Below are positions 36,301-47,276 of a stretch of 64,000 bases of DNA, piece by piece. Position 1 is the stretch's first letter; the number at the start of each line of letters is the position of its first letter. The translations under genes and the position numbers were made by a program. Source of the stretch: Plasmodiophora brassicae (lineage: Eukaryota); NCBI GenBank assembly GCA_036867785.1, contig CP145410.1:1488001-1552000 (forward strand). Direction: 5' to 3'. The notes beneath the pieces were generated by a model. That model was not told where the DNA came from and did no database searches. It was given only the letters and a program-made list of their open reading frames with translations.

Positions 36301-38030
36301 GAGCGTGTAGTTGACGCTTTCAGCGCGGCCGTTCTGCTCGGGCGTGTACGGGACAGATTTGCGGTGCAGGATGCCGGACTCGTTGTAGAACAGGACGCAC
36401 GCCTTGGAGTTGTACTCGCCGCCACCGTCAGTCTGGAACGTCCGGATACCACGTCCTTCCTGGTTGCGAAGACGCGCGTCATAGTGCTTGATGACGTCGA
36501 GCGCCTCCGATTTGCGACGTAGCAGATAGACGGACAGGTACCGAGAGGAATCGTCCAGCATGGTCTGGTAGTACTCAAAGCCGCCGACACCGACGACAGG
36601 CCACCGTCCGGACAGATCGCTATGGACGAGATCGCCAACACGACGCGCGCGCGACGTACTGGGAGGGAATGATGACCGTTTGCCCTTGGCGAGTAAACAT
36701 GCAGCGCATGGACATCGATCTTGCGGCCTCGGGATTGGCCCGTCGAACTTCATGCCACGACAACGTTTGTGCAGGATGCGCAGGTTGCCGTAACCCAGGT
36801 GGCCGGTTCGAGCGTGCCAGACAGCTGGAGCTGCGGCGGTGACCTTAGCGACGCGGCATGAGACGCTGAATGCGATCAAGGAGCAGACTCGGGCGGAATG
36901 AAGTGTGCCGGGCGCGGAGGTTGGAGCGGATAATGGAATCCGGTACAGGTTATCGTGTCCTCGTTGACTGACGACCACTGGCTGACCGACGGGCGCCGTC
37001 CAGTTGGCCCCCGAGTAGATCTTCGCGGTATCGCCGTCGAACACGATCTTGTGACCTGATCTGGTGAGCTGGCCAACTGATACTAGCGCTTGGCCAAGTC
37101 GGGGAACGTGCAGCGAATCGATACTCGTCGCCTGGACATCCATGCCGAATGACGTCACGCCTCGACCGGAAGTGGTCGTACGCGACAGATCGGCTAGCTC
37201 AACTTCCGGTCCGGTGCCTTGGCGATAGCAGCTGAGATGTCGGCGCAGGGGCGTCATCGTCGTGGAACACGCTGAGTCCAGTAGGCCTACTGAGTTCGCG
37301 TACACGTCGATGGCGTGGCGTGCCGACAAAGCACGCATCGGTTCGGGCGCCGGATCGACCGGATGAGCGCCAGACGTTGGATACTCGTTGGACGTTGGTG
37401 AGGATGTATTGGTTTTCGCGTTGCTGTCGCGGTACCAGATGTGTCGTTGCAGCGTGCATTCGCCGTTAGTGTGCTTGGATCCGGGATGGAAGACGCAGGA
37501 CTCGTTGCGTCGTGGTCCACGGGGACGCGTCGATGTGGCGCAACTGGAGCGGTTGGCCGTTTGGAACGCGTCGTGTCGGTCCCGCACGTCTTGGACCCTG
37601 ATCTCCTCGCTTGTCAACGACCCGACGACCTCGGAGACACTGGGCAGCGTGTCCAGAGCACGATTGTGCAGGCCAGCGACGACGGCGTCGAGATCGGATG
37701 ATGCGTTGGCCAAGATGAGGACGGCGACCAATGCGTCGGTGAGGGACAGCATCTCGGTCGGTACCGTCGACCGGACGCGATGAGCCGCTGCTTGAACTCG
37801 GGCGGCGTACGTGGCGACCGACTCGCCGGGCATGTGCTGGACCGTGACGAGGTCGCGGACGGCGCGCACGACCGATGCCAGCGACGATGGGCTGTACGCC
37901 TGGAACAGCACGCGCCAGCACTTGGCAGCCGAGCCTGCCTGAAACAAAGACAACGCGGACGCGATCTTGTGGTCCAGCATGTGGACGAGTAGAATCTCGC
38001 GCGCGGCTGCCTCGAGAGCTGGGTCGTGTG

Positions 38031-38226
38031 TGATGAAGACGATAACGAAGTGATTTATTCCGACCGACATCGGCGCGAGACGGTGGCGATGTAACGCTGT
38101 GTAACAGGGGCTTGCCAAGCCGTTACCGACAACGGCGTCAGTGGCGGAGCTTCTGCCGTGGACGTTACGCAGTCGCGCGCAGTCACGGCGTCACCGTGTG
38201 CCGGTGGTACGACATGGTCCTTGACA
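38031..38226 (-). repeat. Solo LTR of family D
   Basis: 196 bp, TSD GTGTG, homologous to the LTRs of 45171-46119. Confidence 0.92.
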
Positions 38227-38546
38227 GTGTGCCGTACCGGTTGTCGCATTCGGGGAGCCATCTTCGTTGATCCCGATGACGTCCGCGTACCCACGATTGC
38301 GAAACCAGAGTGCAGCTGTCTGAACCCAGGACGTGAACGAGTCGGGAGTACCGTCGAACTTGGGCATGGGCAGTCGGCCTGCGTCGCTTCGGCTGTGCGC
38401 CTCGGCGGTGATCGGCATGGCCGGCGTCGATGGACAGCTGGTCGGACGCGCCAGCTGCTGCTGCAGGACGCGGAGGCGGTCGATCTTCTCCTGCCTGGCG
38501 ATCGTTGCCTCCGCTTCGGCAATTCGGGTGTCGATCTCCTCGAGCG

Positions 38547-38741
38547 TAAGGAAGACAATAGCGAAGTGATTTATTCCACCGACATCGGAGCGCGACGATG
38601 GCGACGTAACGCAGTGTAACAGGGCTTGCCAAAGCCGTTACCGGCAACGGCGACGGTGGCGGAGCCTCTGTTGTGGACGTGACACAGTCGCGCACCCACA
38701 CAATGTCATCGTGTGCCGGTGGTAGGACATGGTCCTCGACA
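38547..38741 (-). repeat. Solo LTR of family D (TG..TA ends)
   Basis: 195 bp, TSD GAGCG. Confidence 0.92.
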
Positions 38742-39028
38742 GAGCGACAGCTGACGCAGCGGGTCGTCATCCGTGTTAGGCGTCGCCTGGCGCTCGGCCA
38801 TGGCGAGTAGAGGCTCAGCGCCTGCGCCTATACGACTGTTAATCTGAGAAAGACAATAATGGAGTGGATATATTACGTACGGCGTGTGCGGCGGACGTTA
38901 CAGTGGCGACGTAGTCGCCGACGGTGTAACGGTTGCCAACGCCGGCGGGCACGGAGTCGCGGAGTGCGTGACGGCGTTCACGTGCTTCAGGCATGTGCTG
39001 CTGGTCGTAGTGGATACGTTGTTCGACA

Positions 39029-41781
39029 CAATCTTCACGAAAATCGACCTCCGCAGCGCCTATAACCAAGTTCGGATCCGAGAAGGCGATGAGTGGAAGA
39101 CGGCCTTCCGCACGCCGTACGGCTTGTTCGAGTACTTAGTCATGCCGTTTGGCTTAGCCAACGCGCCGGCCTCCTTCCAGTACTTCATGAACGAGACGTT
39201 CAAGGATTTCCTTGATGTATTTGTGGTAATCTACTTGGACGACATCCTGATCTACTCATCGACTCCCGAGGACCATGAACGCCATGTCCGTCTCGTCCTA
39301 GAGCGACTCCGCACTGCTCAACTCCACGCTAAACTGGAGAAGTGCGTCTTCAATACGGTCGAAGTGGAATTCTTAGGTTTCTTGGTGTCCTCCTCCGGGT
39401 TACGGTTTGACCCCTCCAGGATCGATTGCATTCTCTCGTGGCAACAGCCGACCGACGTCCACGGAGTGCAGGTATTTCTCGGGTTCGCTAACTTCTATCG
39501 CAAGTTCGTTCCCCACTTCGCAGAACTGGCCTTACCGCTGACAAATCTCACGCGTGATAACGTGCCGTTTCGTTGGGACCAATCGGCAGAAGCCGCATTC
39601 ACGGCGCTCAAGGTTGCTTTCACGTCAGCCCCTGTCCTTGCTCATTTCGACCCAGATCGCCCGTGCGAAGTGGAAACGGATGCTTCCGATTTCGCGGTGG
39701 CAATGGTATTGTCGCAGCGGGGGCCCGATGATGAACTTCACCCGTTGGCATTCTTCTCGCGCAAGCTCGCGCCTGCTGAGATCAATTTTCCTATCTACGA
39801 CAAGGAACTTCTCGCGGTCGTCCAGACCTTCGAGAACGGGCGTCAGTTCCTGGACTCATCGCGGCACCAGACCGTCATCCACAGCGATCATCGGAATCTG
39901 GAGTACTTCACCAGCACTCACAAACTGAATCGTCGTCAAGTCCGATGGTCCCAACTGCTTAACGAATTTGATTTCGTTATCCAACACCGACCAGGCCGTC
40001 TTCATGGCAAGGCGGACGCCCTGACTCGTCGCCCCGAATACGCGCCTTCTGATCAGGATGAGGTTGTGCTCCAGCAGTCACTCCTGCTCCTTCCACCGTC
40101 GCGGCTCGGGCCAGGACCTCTACAGGAGGTCCAGATCCACGTGACCGATACTCCAACCGACGCACTCCTCGATCGTATCCGCCGCAACCAAGCTTCCGAC
40201 CCGTTTGTGTGCCGCACCCGTCAGCGACTTCATCGTCCGAGCGGCCGCCACTTTAGCGTCCGCGACGACGTTCTATACCGTGGACATTCTGTGGTTGTCT
40301 CTGGCGATGACTGCAAACTGGACATTCTTCGCTATTTCCACGATAATGTCACGGCGGGCCACCTCGGTATTCGAAAAACCGTGCAGTTAATTCGCCGCGA
40401 ATTTTGGTGGCCGGGTTTAACCCCTTTCGTAACCCGTTACGTGCTCTCCTGCGATACGTGTCGTCGGACTAAGACGGCTCGGCACAAGCCCTTCGGATTA
40501 CTCATGCCACTCCCTCTGCCGACGACTCTTTGGCGGTCCATTTCCATGGACTTCGTGGTTAAGCTTCCCTGCTCGAACGGGTATGACTCCATCCTCGTCG
40601 TCGTTGACCGCCTCTCCAAGATGGCGCATTTTATTCCTTGCAACGAAACAATATCATCTGTCGACCTTGCCGCCTTGTTTCTAGCAAATGTCTTCCGCTT
40701 GCATGGCCTCCCTGACGATATCGTGTCGGACCGAGGGCGTCAGTTCATCGTTAAATTCTGGAAGCAACTTCTCATACGTCTCGGCGTGCAACGCAACCTG
40801 TCTTCTTCGCGGCACCCAGAATCCGATGGCCAAACCGAGCGGGTGAACCAAGTCATGGAAAAGTATCTCCGTGCGTACGTCAACTACTTACAAGACGACT
40901 GGCATCCGCTCCTTGCCGTAGCCGAATTTTCGTACAACAATGCAGACCATACCGCGACAGGTATGTCACCGTTTTTCGCGAATTATGGCTACCATCCACG
41001 TGTGATGGACGTGCAACCTCGACCGTCTACCAGCGCCAATCCGACTGCCGACGAGCGAGCTGAGTCCTTGCAGAGGATTCGCAACTTCTTGACCTGCCAA
41101 TTGACTAGCGCTTCTGCCGATTCCAAACGATTCGCCGACGCGAAGCGGCAAACGTCTCCGAAGTTTCAGGTGGGCGACTTAGTGATGTTACGTCGCGGCT
41201 CCCTGAAAACTCTGCGACCCTGCGCGAAGCTCGACTACCAATTTTTAGGGCCATTCCCTATCAGCCAACTCGTCAATCCGGTTGCCTTTCAACTCGACCT
41301 TCCTGCCGATTTCCGTATCCACAATGTATTTTATGTATCTCAACTCGAGCCTTACGTCGCCAACCTTATCCCTGGTCGCACTCAACCTCCTCCTCCACCG
41401 ATTCTTCTCGCGGATGACGATGCTCCCCTCTTCATCGTTCACGATGTTCTCGATTCTCGATATCGCCGTTCCCGACTGGAATATTTGATCGACTGGGAGG
41501 GGTACCCGCCTTCTGAACGCACGTGGGAACACGGTACAGGTGGGCTCAACGAATTGTTGGCTAACTTCCACGCTCGGTACCCAACCAAGCCGGGGCCGAA
41601 GTGGCGAAAGCCACCCCGCAGGCCGGCCCGATGACAGGGGACTATACTGTTATGGCACGGCCGCGACGGGGGTCGCGCAGCCGCGCAGTTTGAATAAACG
41701 TCCACGGCAACCGACGGCTTCGGCAGTCGGTTAATTCCGTGTTGTGGAGACAATAGTCGTCCGTCGTGTCGTCTCCTGACA
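39029..41781 (+). mobile_element. 5'-truncated second copy of Gypsy A (RT to 3' LTR 41648-41781)
   Basis: Nearly identical to 17108-19875; 15-bp deletion in the chromodomain; begins abruptly at the Copia LTR. Confidence 0.93.
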
Positions 41782-44092
41782 GATTGCTTCACTGCTCCCT
41801 TGTGTATTTTATTCAGCGACGTCTGCAGTTGCATGACTAGCTCCTGAATATGCTCCTTTGAGAGTGTAGCTTCCCCATACTTCTCATCCCCGGGCCTCTT
41901 GAACACTTGCTTCAGCGGGTTGTCTGGTTGACGTCCCATCATCACTGTCACCGGCGCATTCCCGTTGGTACGCGCCTGCGACCTGTGATTGATCGTGTGT
42001 TCAATGTTGTGGTTCAACCATGGCCAGTCGTGTTTGTCCCACTGCAATTCAGACAGAAGTGCTCGTTGCAAGTAGTTCCTGTTGATCACCTCGATCGATC
42101 CATTACTGTATTGCCCATAGGCAACAGTCGGGTGATGAGCAAATCCGCATCGACGCGCCAGTTCCTTTACAACGTTTGCCAAAAAGCAAGACGCCATGTC
42201 TGACACCATCAACTCAAACGTTCCGAAGACAGCCCTCCATTCGAGCAGTGCCTCTACAGTGGTTTCTGAATTGTATGGTCAGGAGTAATCTTGACCATGC
42301 CAGACAGATCGTCCCTGATTATCAGGTTCCATTGGAGATCATGCCTTCCACCCTTCTCAGCCGGCATCATGTACAGCCAATCCATGTGAATCACCTGATT
42401 CGGCCTTACACCATGAACAGCTGTTCCCAGTGGCCTGGGAATCCTAACCCCGCCCCTTGTCGGTAGACAGTTCAAACACGCGTTGCAGAACTTCCTCATG
42501 TCCTCATCGCAGTGTGCCCAATGGCAGAACTCCCCCAACTTCCTCAACGAGGCCTTCAGTCCTAGATGCCCACTGTTTCCGCCCGCGTGAGCAATAGCGC
42601 ATAGCTGCAGCTTCAGCTCGTTGCATTCGTCTGGTATGATCATTTGTCCCTTCCCTGTGACGAAGAGATCATCACCATTCTTGGGTCGTTTCATTCCTCT
42701 GAGCCATTTCCTCTGAGCCTTACAGATTTCGTCCACGGTCGGCCATTGGAATTCCTTCCTTTGTAACGGCCGTACCCGATATCCGTCCTCAACTTGAAGC
42801 GTAATCCTCCTGATCGTGCGTACCTCTAGGTGCTGGTCATCAGGTCCGTCATCAGATCCGACCACACATTGTCCTCCCCCGCAATGTGTTCAATGACGTA
42901 GTTGACCCTCTGTATGTCCAGTGCCCATCGTTGCAGTTTCTGCGCCGTTGGCTTTGACACGTCCGTTGGTGAGAACATCCTCACGAGGTTCCTATGATCG
43001 GTGAACAGACGAAACTGCTCGTTGGTTGTAACGAGATTGTCCAGTTTGTCAATCCCATCCTTGATCGCGAACCCTTCCTTCTCCACCGTGGACCAGTTCC
43101 GCTCTGGGCCCGCGAACTTGTGTCCGACAAAACCCAGCGGTTCATGTCGCTGCCCATGCATTGGTTTACCCAAATCCTCAGGCGGAATCTGTGTGACTAC
43201 CGCCGCGCTGTTGACCTCATTTGCATCCGAGAATAGGCATTGGATCCGGTCCTTTCGCGGGTACGCTAGTTGGACCGTGTCCGCCACTGCCATCTTCAGT
43301 TTCTCGAATGCCAGCGCATGTTCGGGTGACCATCCATATTTGCACCATCGCACCCTCCTGGCAATGGCTTTCGTCCTGCCAGGTTGGTCCCTCATCGCAT
43401 CCTCATATATCCTCTGCAACAGGTGTACCTTCCTGTTGTACTCAGGGATGGACCTGCTCATCCACTGAGTTGCCATTAGGAATTGCTGTAAGTCCCTTGC
43501 TGTCCTCGGCTGTGGAATTGCCATCAAAGCTTCGATCCTCGCTGGATCGTGCCTTACCCCCTCTGGCGTAATATCCTCCCACAGAACCTAACCTCCGTCG
43601 TGAAGAGCTCACACTTCTCCACGTTGAACTTAATGTTGTGCCGTTCGGCTAGCATCAAAGTTCTTTCCAACGTTCGGAACCAATCATCCTCCCTCTGGGC
43701 ATGCCCCATTAGATCATCGATCCATATGATTAGTTTGTGAAACACCAGTTCCCCGAACACCTCAAACATCCTCCCTTGATACTGAGGGGCGGAGTTCATT
43801 TCCCCCTGCATCGACCTCGTTGGCTTATACACCCCTTATCTGTCATGAAGGAGAAGATCTCCTGACACGCTTCATCCAGCGGCATCATCCAGAAGCCTTT
43901 GAACGCGTCTAGCTTAAACCAGAACCTCGAGCCTGCCAGGGTCCTCAGTATTGCCTCCTGATGTGGCATAGGCCACGCCACGGCGACACATTTGGCATTA
44001 ACAGCTCTGAGATCAACACAGAACCGCTTCCCGCCCCCTGGCTTCGTCACCACCACCACCGGCGAGCCCCACTTCGCTTTGTAGTTTTCAAC

Positions 44093-44288
44093 TAAGGAAG
44101 ACAATAACGAAGTGATTTATTCCGACCGACACCGGCGCGAGACGGCGGCGACGTAACGCTGCGTAACAGGGGCTTGCCAAGCCGTTACCGACAACTGCGT
44201 CAGTGGCGGGGCCTCTGCCGTGGACGTTACGCAGTCGCGCACAGTCACGGCGTCACCGTGTGCCGGTGGTACGACATGGTCCTTGACA
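44093..44288 (-). repeat. Solo LTR of family D (TG..TA ends)
   Basis: 196 bp, TSD TCAAC. Confidence 0.92.
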
Positions 44289-45170
44289 TCAACGACGAGG
44301 CCATATTTCTTCAATTGGGCGACGAATTCCTCCATGAAAGTACTATCCTCCATACTGTACTTTCTGGCTCGGCACCTGTAAGGTTCCGCCTCCGGCTTCA
44401 GCTCCGTGACAAATGGTGTAACAATGGCTGGACCATCGGGTCCAAGGCTCATACGCCAAACGTCCCTGTACCTCTTGACGAGCTTCCGCAGCGATTTTGC
44501 CATCGCCTGCGGTAGGCCATTCCTCAATGCGCGCTCGACCATCCGGTCCATCTCCCTTTCTAGGGAGTCTGTGGAAACTGCCCCGATCCTCACATCCTCT
44601 GTTTCCTCTTCCTCCCCATCCCAGAGAGGTGGCACCCCATTTGCCATATTGTGCACTTCATCCATGACGTCATTCCCCTTCATCGGCGTGCTCTTAATGA
44701 GCACGTCCAGGGCCTTCTTTGGGCGGATACCCAAGTCGTCAAACAACCTCTCTCCTAGGACAATTTCCTTTTCAGGAATGTCCCATACGAGGCATCGGCG
44801 CCGGCGAGTGATCAGTTCGCCTGCCGTCGTCTTCAGTCCCAGATCCAGTGTCATCACATGTTAGGCTGTGTGCTTCGTTTCTCAGTCCGCCAAACAGAAC
44901 GTTTCCGGCTTCTGGAGTTTCTCCATTGTTAACAATGGGTCCCTTTCCATCAGCTCGCGCGCTATGGTCAATGGCATCAGAACATCAACCGATGTCGCTC
45001 CACTGTCCAGAGCCCCAACGCAGTCTTCCTCATGTCCGTTAATACGAACGACTACTTGGTCCCCTGTCCTCCGCGCCTCCTCTGACACCCTTCCTACCAC
45101 TGGAACCCATGGGTAATCCGATAGGTCCTCTTTATCAGATTCCTTAGTCCCTCTGGTCCTACGGGGTCCA

Positions 45171-46119
45171 TGATGAAGACGATAACGAAGTGATTTACTC
45201 CACTGACATCGGCGCGAGACGATGGCGACGTAACGCAGTGTAACAGGGCTTGCCAAAGCCGTTACCGGCAACGGCGACGGTGGCGGAGCCTCTGTTGTGG
45301 ACGTGACACAGACGCGCACAGTCACAGCATCATCGTGTACCGGTGGTAGGACATGGTCCTCGACACGCCCCCTCCAACGGCACGCGGTTGCATGCGGAAG
45401 GCGGTCGAACTGACGTGTCCCGGCTGGACCTTCGACTCTGGATCATGTACAACACGACCTTGCTCGTGCTCGTATGTCTTGGCTTGTTGACGCGACACGA
45501 GACGGATCGTGGCGTAGCTAGAGCTGACAGGTATGGCGCGATATGCTGGGGCGGAGTCGTCAATGACGACACAGAGAGGAGGACCTGGCGCGGGACGACA
45601 CCGACGCCGAAGGCGCCGGCGGACAACGTTATATCGAGAAGAGGTTGAGGCAAGCGATTGAGGCCCGTACGACCGGCGTACGCCTGGCGCTTACGTTCCG
45701 GTACTGGTTCTGGATTCCCGTAATGACGGCCTGCCTTGCTTGCGCGATCTGCCTCGGCTCTCTGGCGCGTGGCGCGACTGGAGTGGGCGTTCGTGGCGCG
45801 TTGTGCAGAAGCAGGGTCAGGGCAGAGACACAGTGACGCGGGACTGGCACTGGATGGCACCGGCGCGCGGGGCGCCGGCGGGCTCGCCGCCTCGAAGCGC
45901 GTAGAACGCGTACGACTGTTAATCTGATGAAGACGATAACGAAGTGATTTATTCCACTGACATCGGCGCGAGACGATGGCGACGTAACGCAGTGTAACAG
46001 GGCTTGCCAAAGCCGTTACCGGCAACGGCGACGGTGGCGGAGCCTCTGTTGTGGACGTGACACAGACGCGCACAGTCACAGCGTCATCGTGTACCGGTGG
46101 TAGGACATGGTCCTCGACA
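45171..46119 (-). mobile_element. TRIM-like non-autonomous LTR element (family D)
   Basis: 195-bp LTRs 45925-46119 and 45171-45365; TSD GTCCA; 559-bp interior with no recognisable domain; same PBS core and PPT as Copia C. Confidence 0.92.
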
Positions 46120-46287
46120 GTCCATACCTTCCCGTTGGCACCTTGCGGCGTTCCTTCAGCAAGTCGGCCACCTGCTTTTTCATAGGCTTCTTAGGGCAAC
46201 GAAACGCTGGATGCCCAACCTCCTCACAGTTGAAGCATCTCAGGTCCTTCCGGTGTCGTTTCGTGTCCCGGCCTCCATCGCTTCCGT

Positions 46288-46768
46288 GGGCGCTGCCCCA
46301 GTGATCTAGCTGGTCAGGAGTACCAGCAGGTCAGCAAGCAGTCGTGGGACCGCAAGGTCCCCAGTTCGAGGCACGATCTCCCCCAAAAAATGTCCCGGTG
46401 ACCAACAGCCGTAAATGTTGAAGGGGTGTGTTTACTGATCAGGCAGCCCAAAGTGCCAGAGCCATTAGGGGTCTCGCTTGAGCGTCTGGAAGGTAAAAGA
46501 ACGGCCCGTAACAAGTGTATGTCGGCTCCCCGGCATAGGCGGTATGGCGAAAGAGGTACGACAAGAGTGCAGTCGACAAGTCCGAGCGAATCACGTCCCG
46601 TTCCGATATCGTCCAAGGCGCGATGAACCCAGTACAAAGGTGACGGGCCGGCACGGCCAGGCCGGGTGATGTTGGCGTTCTGCTGCTGAACCTTCGATCC
46701 TCGGACTCGAGACCAAGGCGCCTGCGTGATGAAAAGCGCGAAAAACAAATAAAACTAAACTAACTAAA
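46288..46768 (+). mobile_element. SINE-like non-LTR insertion, copy 2
   Basis: 15-bp TSD CTCCATCGCTTCCGT (46273-46287, 46769-46783); A-rich (AAACT)n tail; structured 5' head. Confidence 0.85.
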
Positions 46769-47276
46769 CTCCATCGCTTCCGTAATCGGTCTGCGCCTCT
46801 CGCTTCCTCGGGGTGGGTTAGCCCTTTCCCTTCCCCTTGCCATCCTCACGTCCCGGCTCCGCGTACAACATCGTCTCCTCATACGATGCTGCACGCTCCT
46901 TAAGGACTCGATAGAACCCCATCGGGTCCTTCTGGAGCTCGGGTTGGCGCTTCATGACCAGGGTCCTCATCATCGCTTGCAAACCTGGTGGGCGCACAGC
47001 AACCAGCAGGTATTTGACAAGGTTCTTCCGTCCCTCGCGCGACGTGAAGAGATCTTGCCACCCGTTGCGCGCGACCAATTCCTCATACTGCTGCATGAGG
47101 TTCACCACCCTGGCAGCCGGTGTGCTGATGTTTAGCTTCATCGCCAACTTCCGCATCTCCCGGTCGATGTTCGCGTCCGTCGAGCGATCCTGCTCCAGAT
47201 GCCTCTTCATCCAGTCCATCAGGTCGCTCTCCGTCACCCTCTCGGCGTCCTTGCCGAGTTCCCACGTGCAGATCGC

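Larger units (their letters stand above)
33445..38801 (-). pseudogene. Copia Gag-PR-IN-RT-RH polyprotein (about 1651 aa once both solo LTRs are removed)
   Basis: 5357 bp minus two inserts with TSDs (401 bp) = 4956 bp, in frame; QVDWVAAYLN, LYGTKQ, SVHTDD, YADADW; stop codon lies inside the 3' LTR. Confidence 0.9.
33392..39028 (-). mobile_element. Ty1/Copia retrotransposon (family C, copy 2), full length, gag hit by two solo LTRs
   Basis: 184-bp LTRs 38845-39028 and 33392-33575; PBS at 38833-38844; PPT next to 33575. Confidence 0.95.

Noticed and set aside
38031-38118. Start of the 1557-aa ORF
   Set aside because: It lies inside a D solo LTR; the real Copia ATG is at 38801.
38884-39028. N-terminus of the 916-aa ORF as a novel fusion protein
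   Set aside because: It is read-through from the antisense Copia LTR into truncated Gypsy A RT.
41782-41786. GATTG after the A2 LTR equals the reverse complement of the C2 flank CAATC
   Set aside because: It borders a different family's LTR and restores no host sequence; treated as a chance 5-mer.
46288-46380. Functional tRNA gene or HDV-like ribozyme
   Set aside because: I could not build a full cloverleaf or the nested double pseudoknot; kept only as a SINE head.
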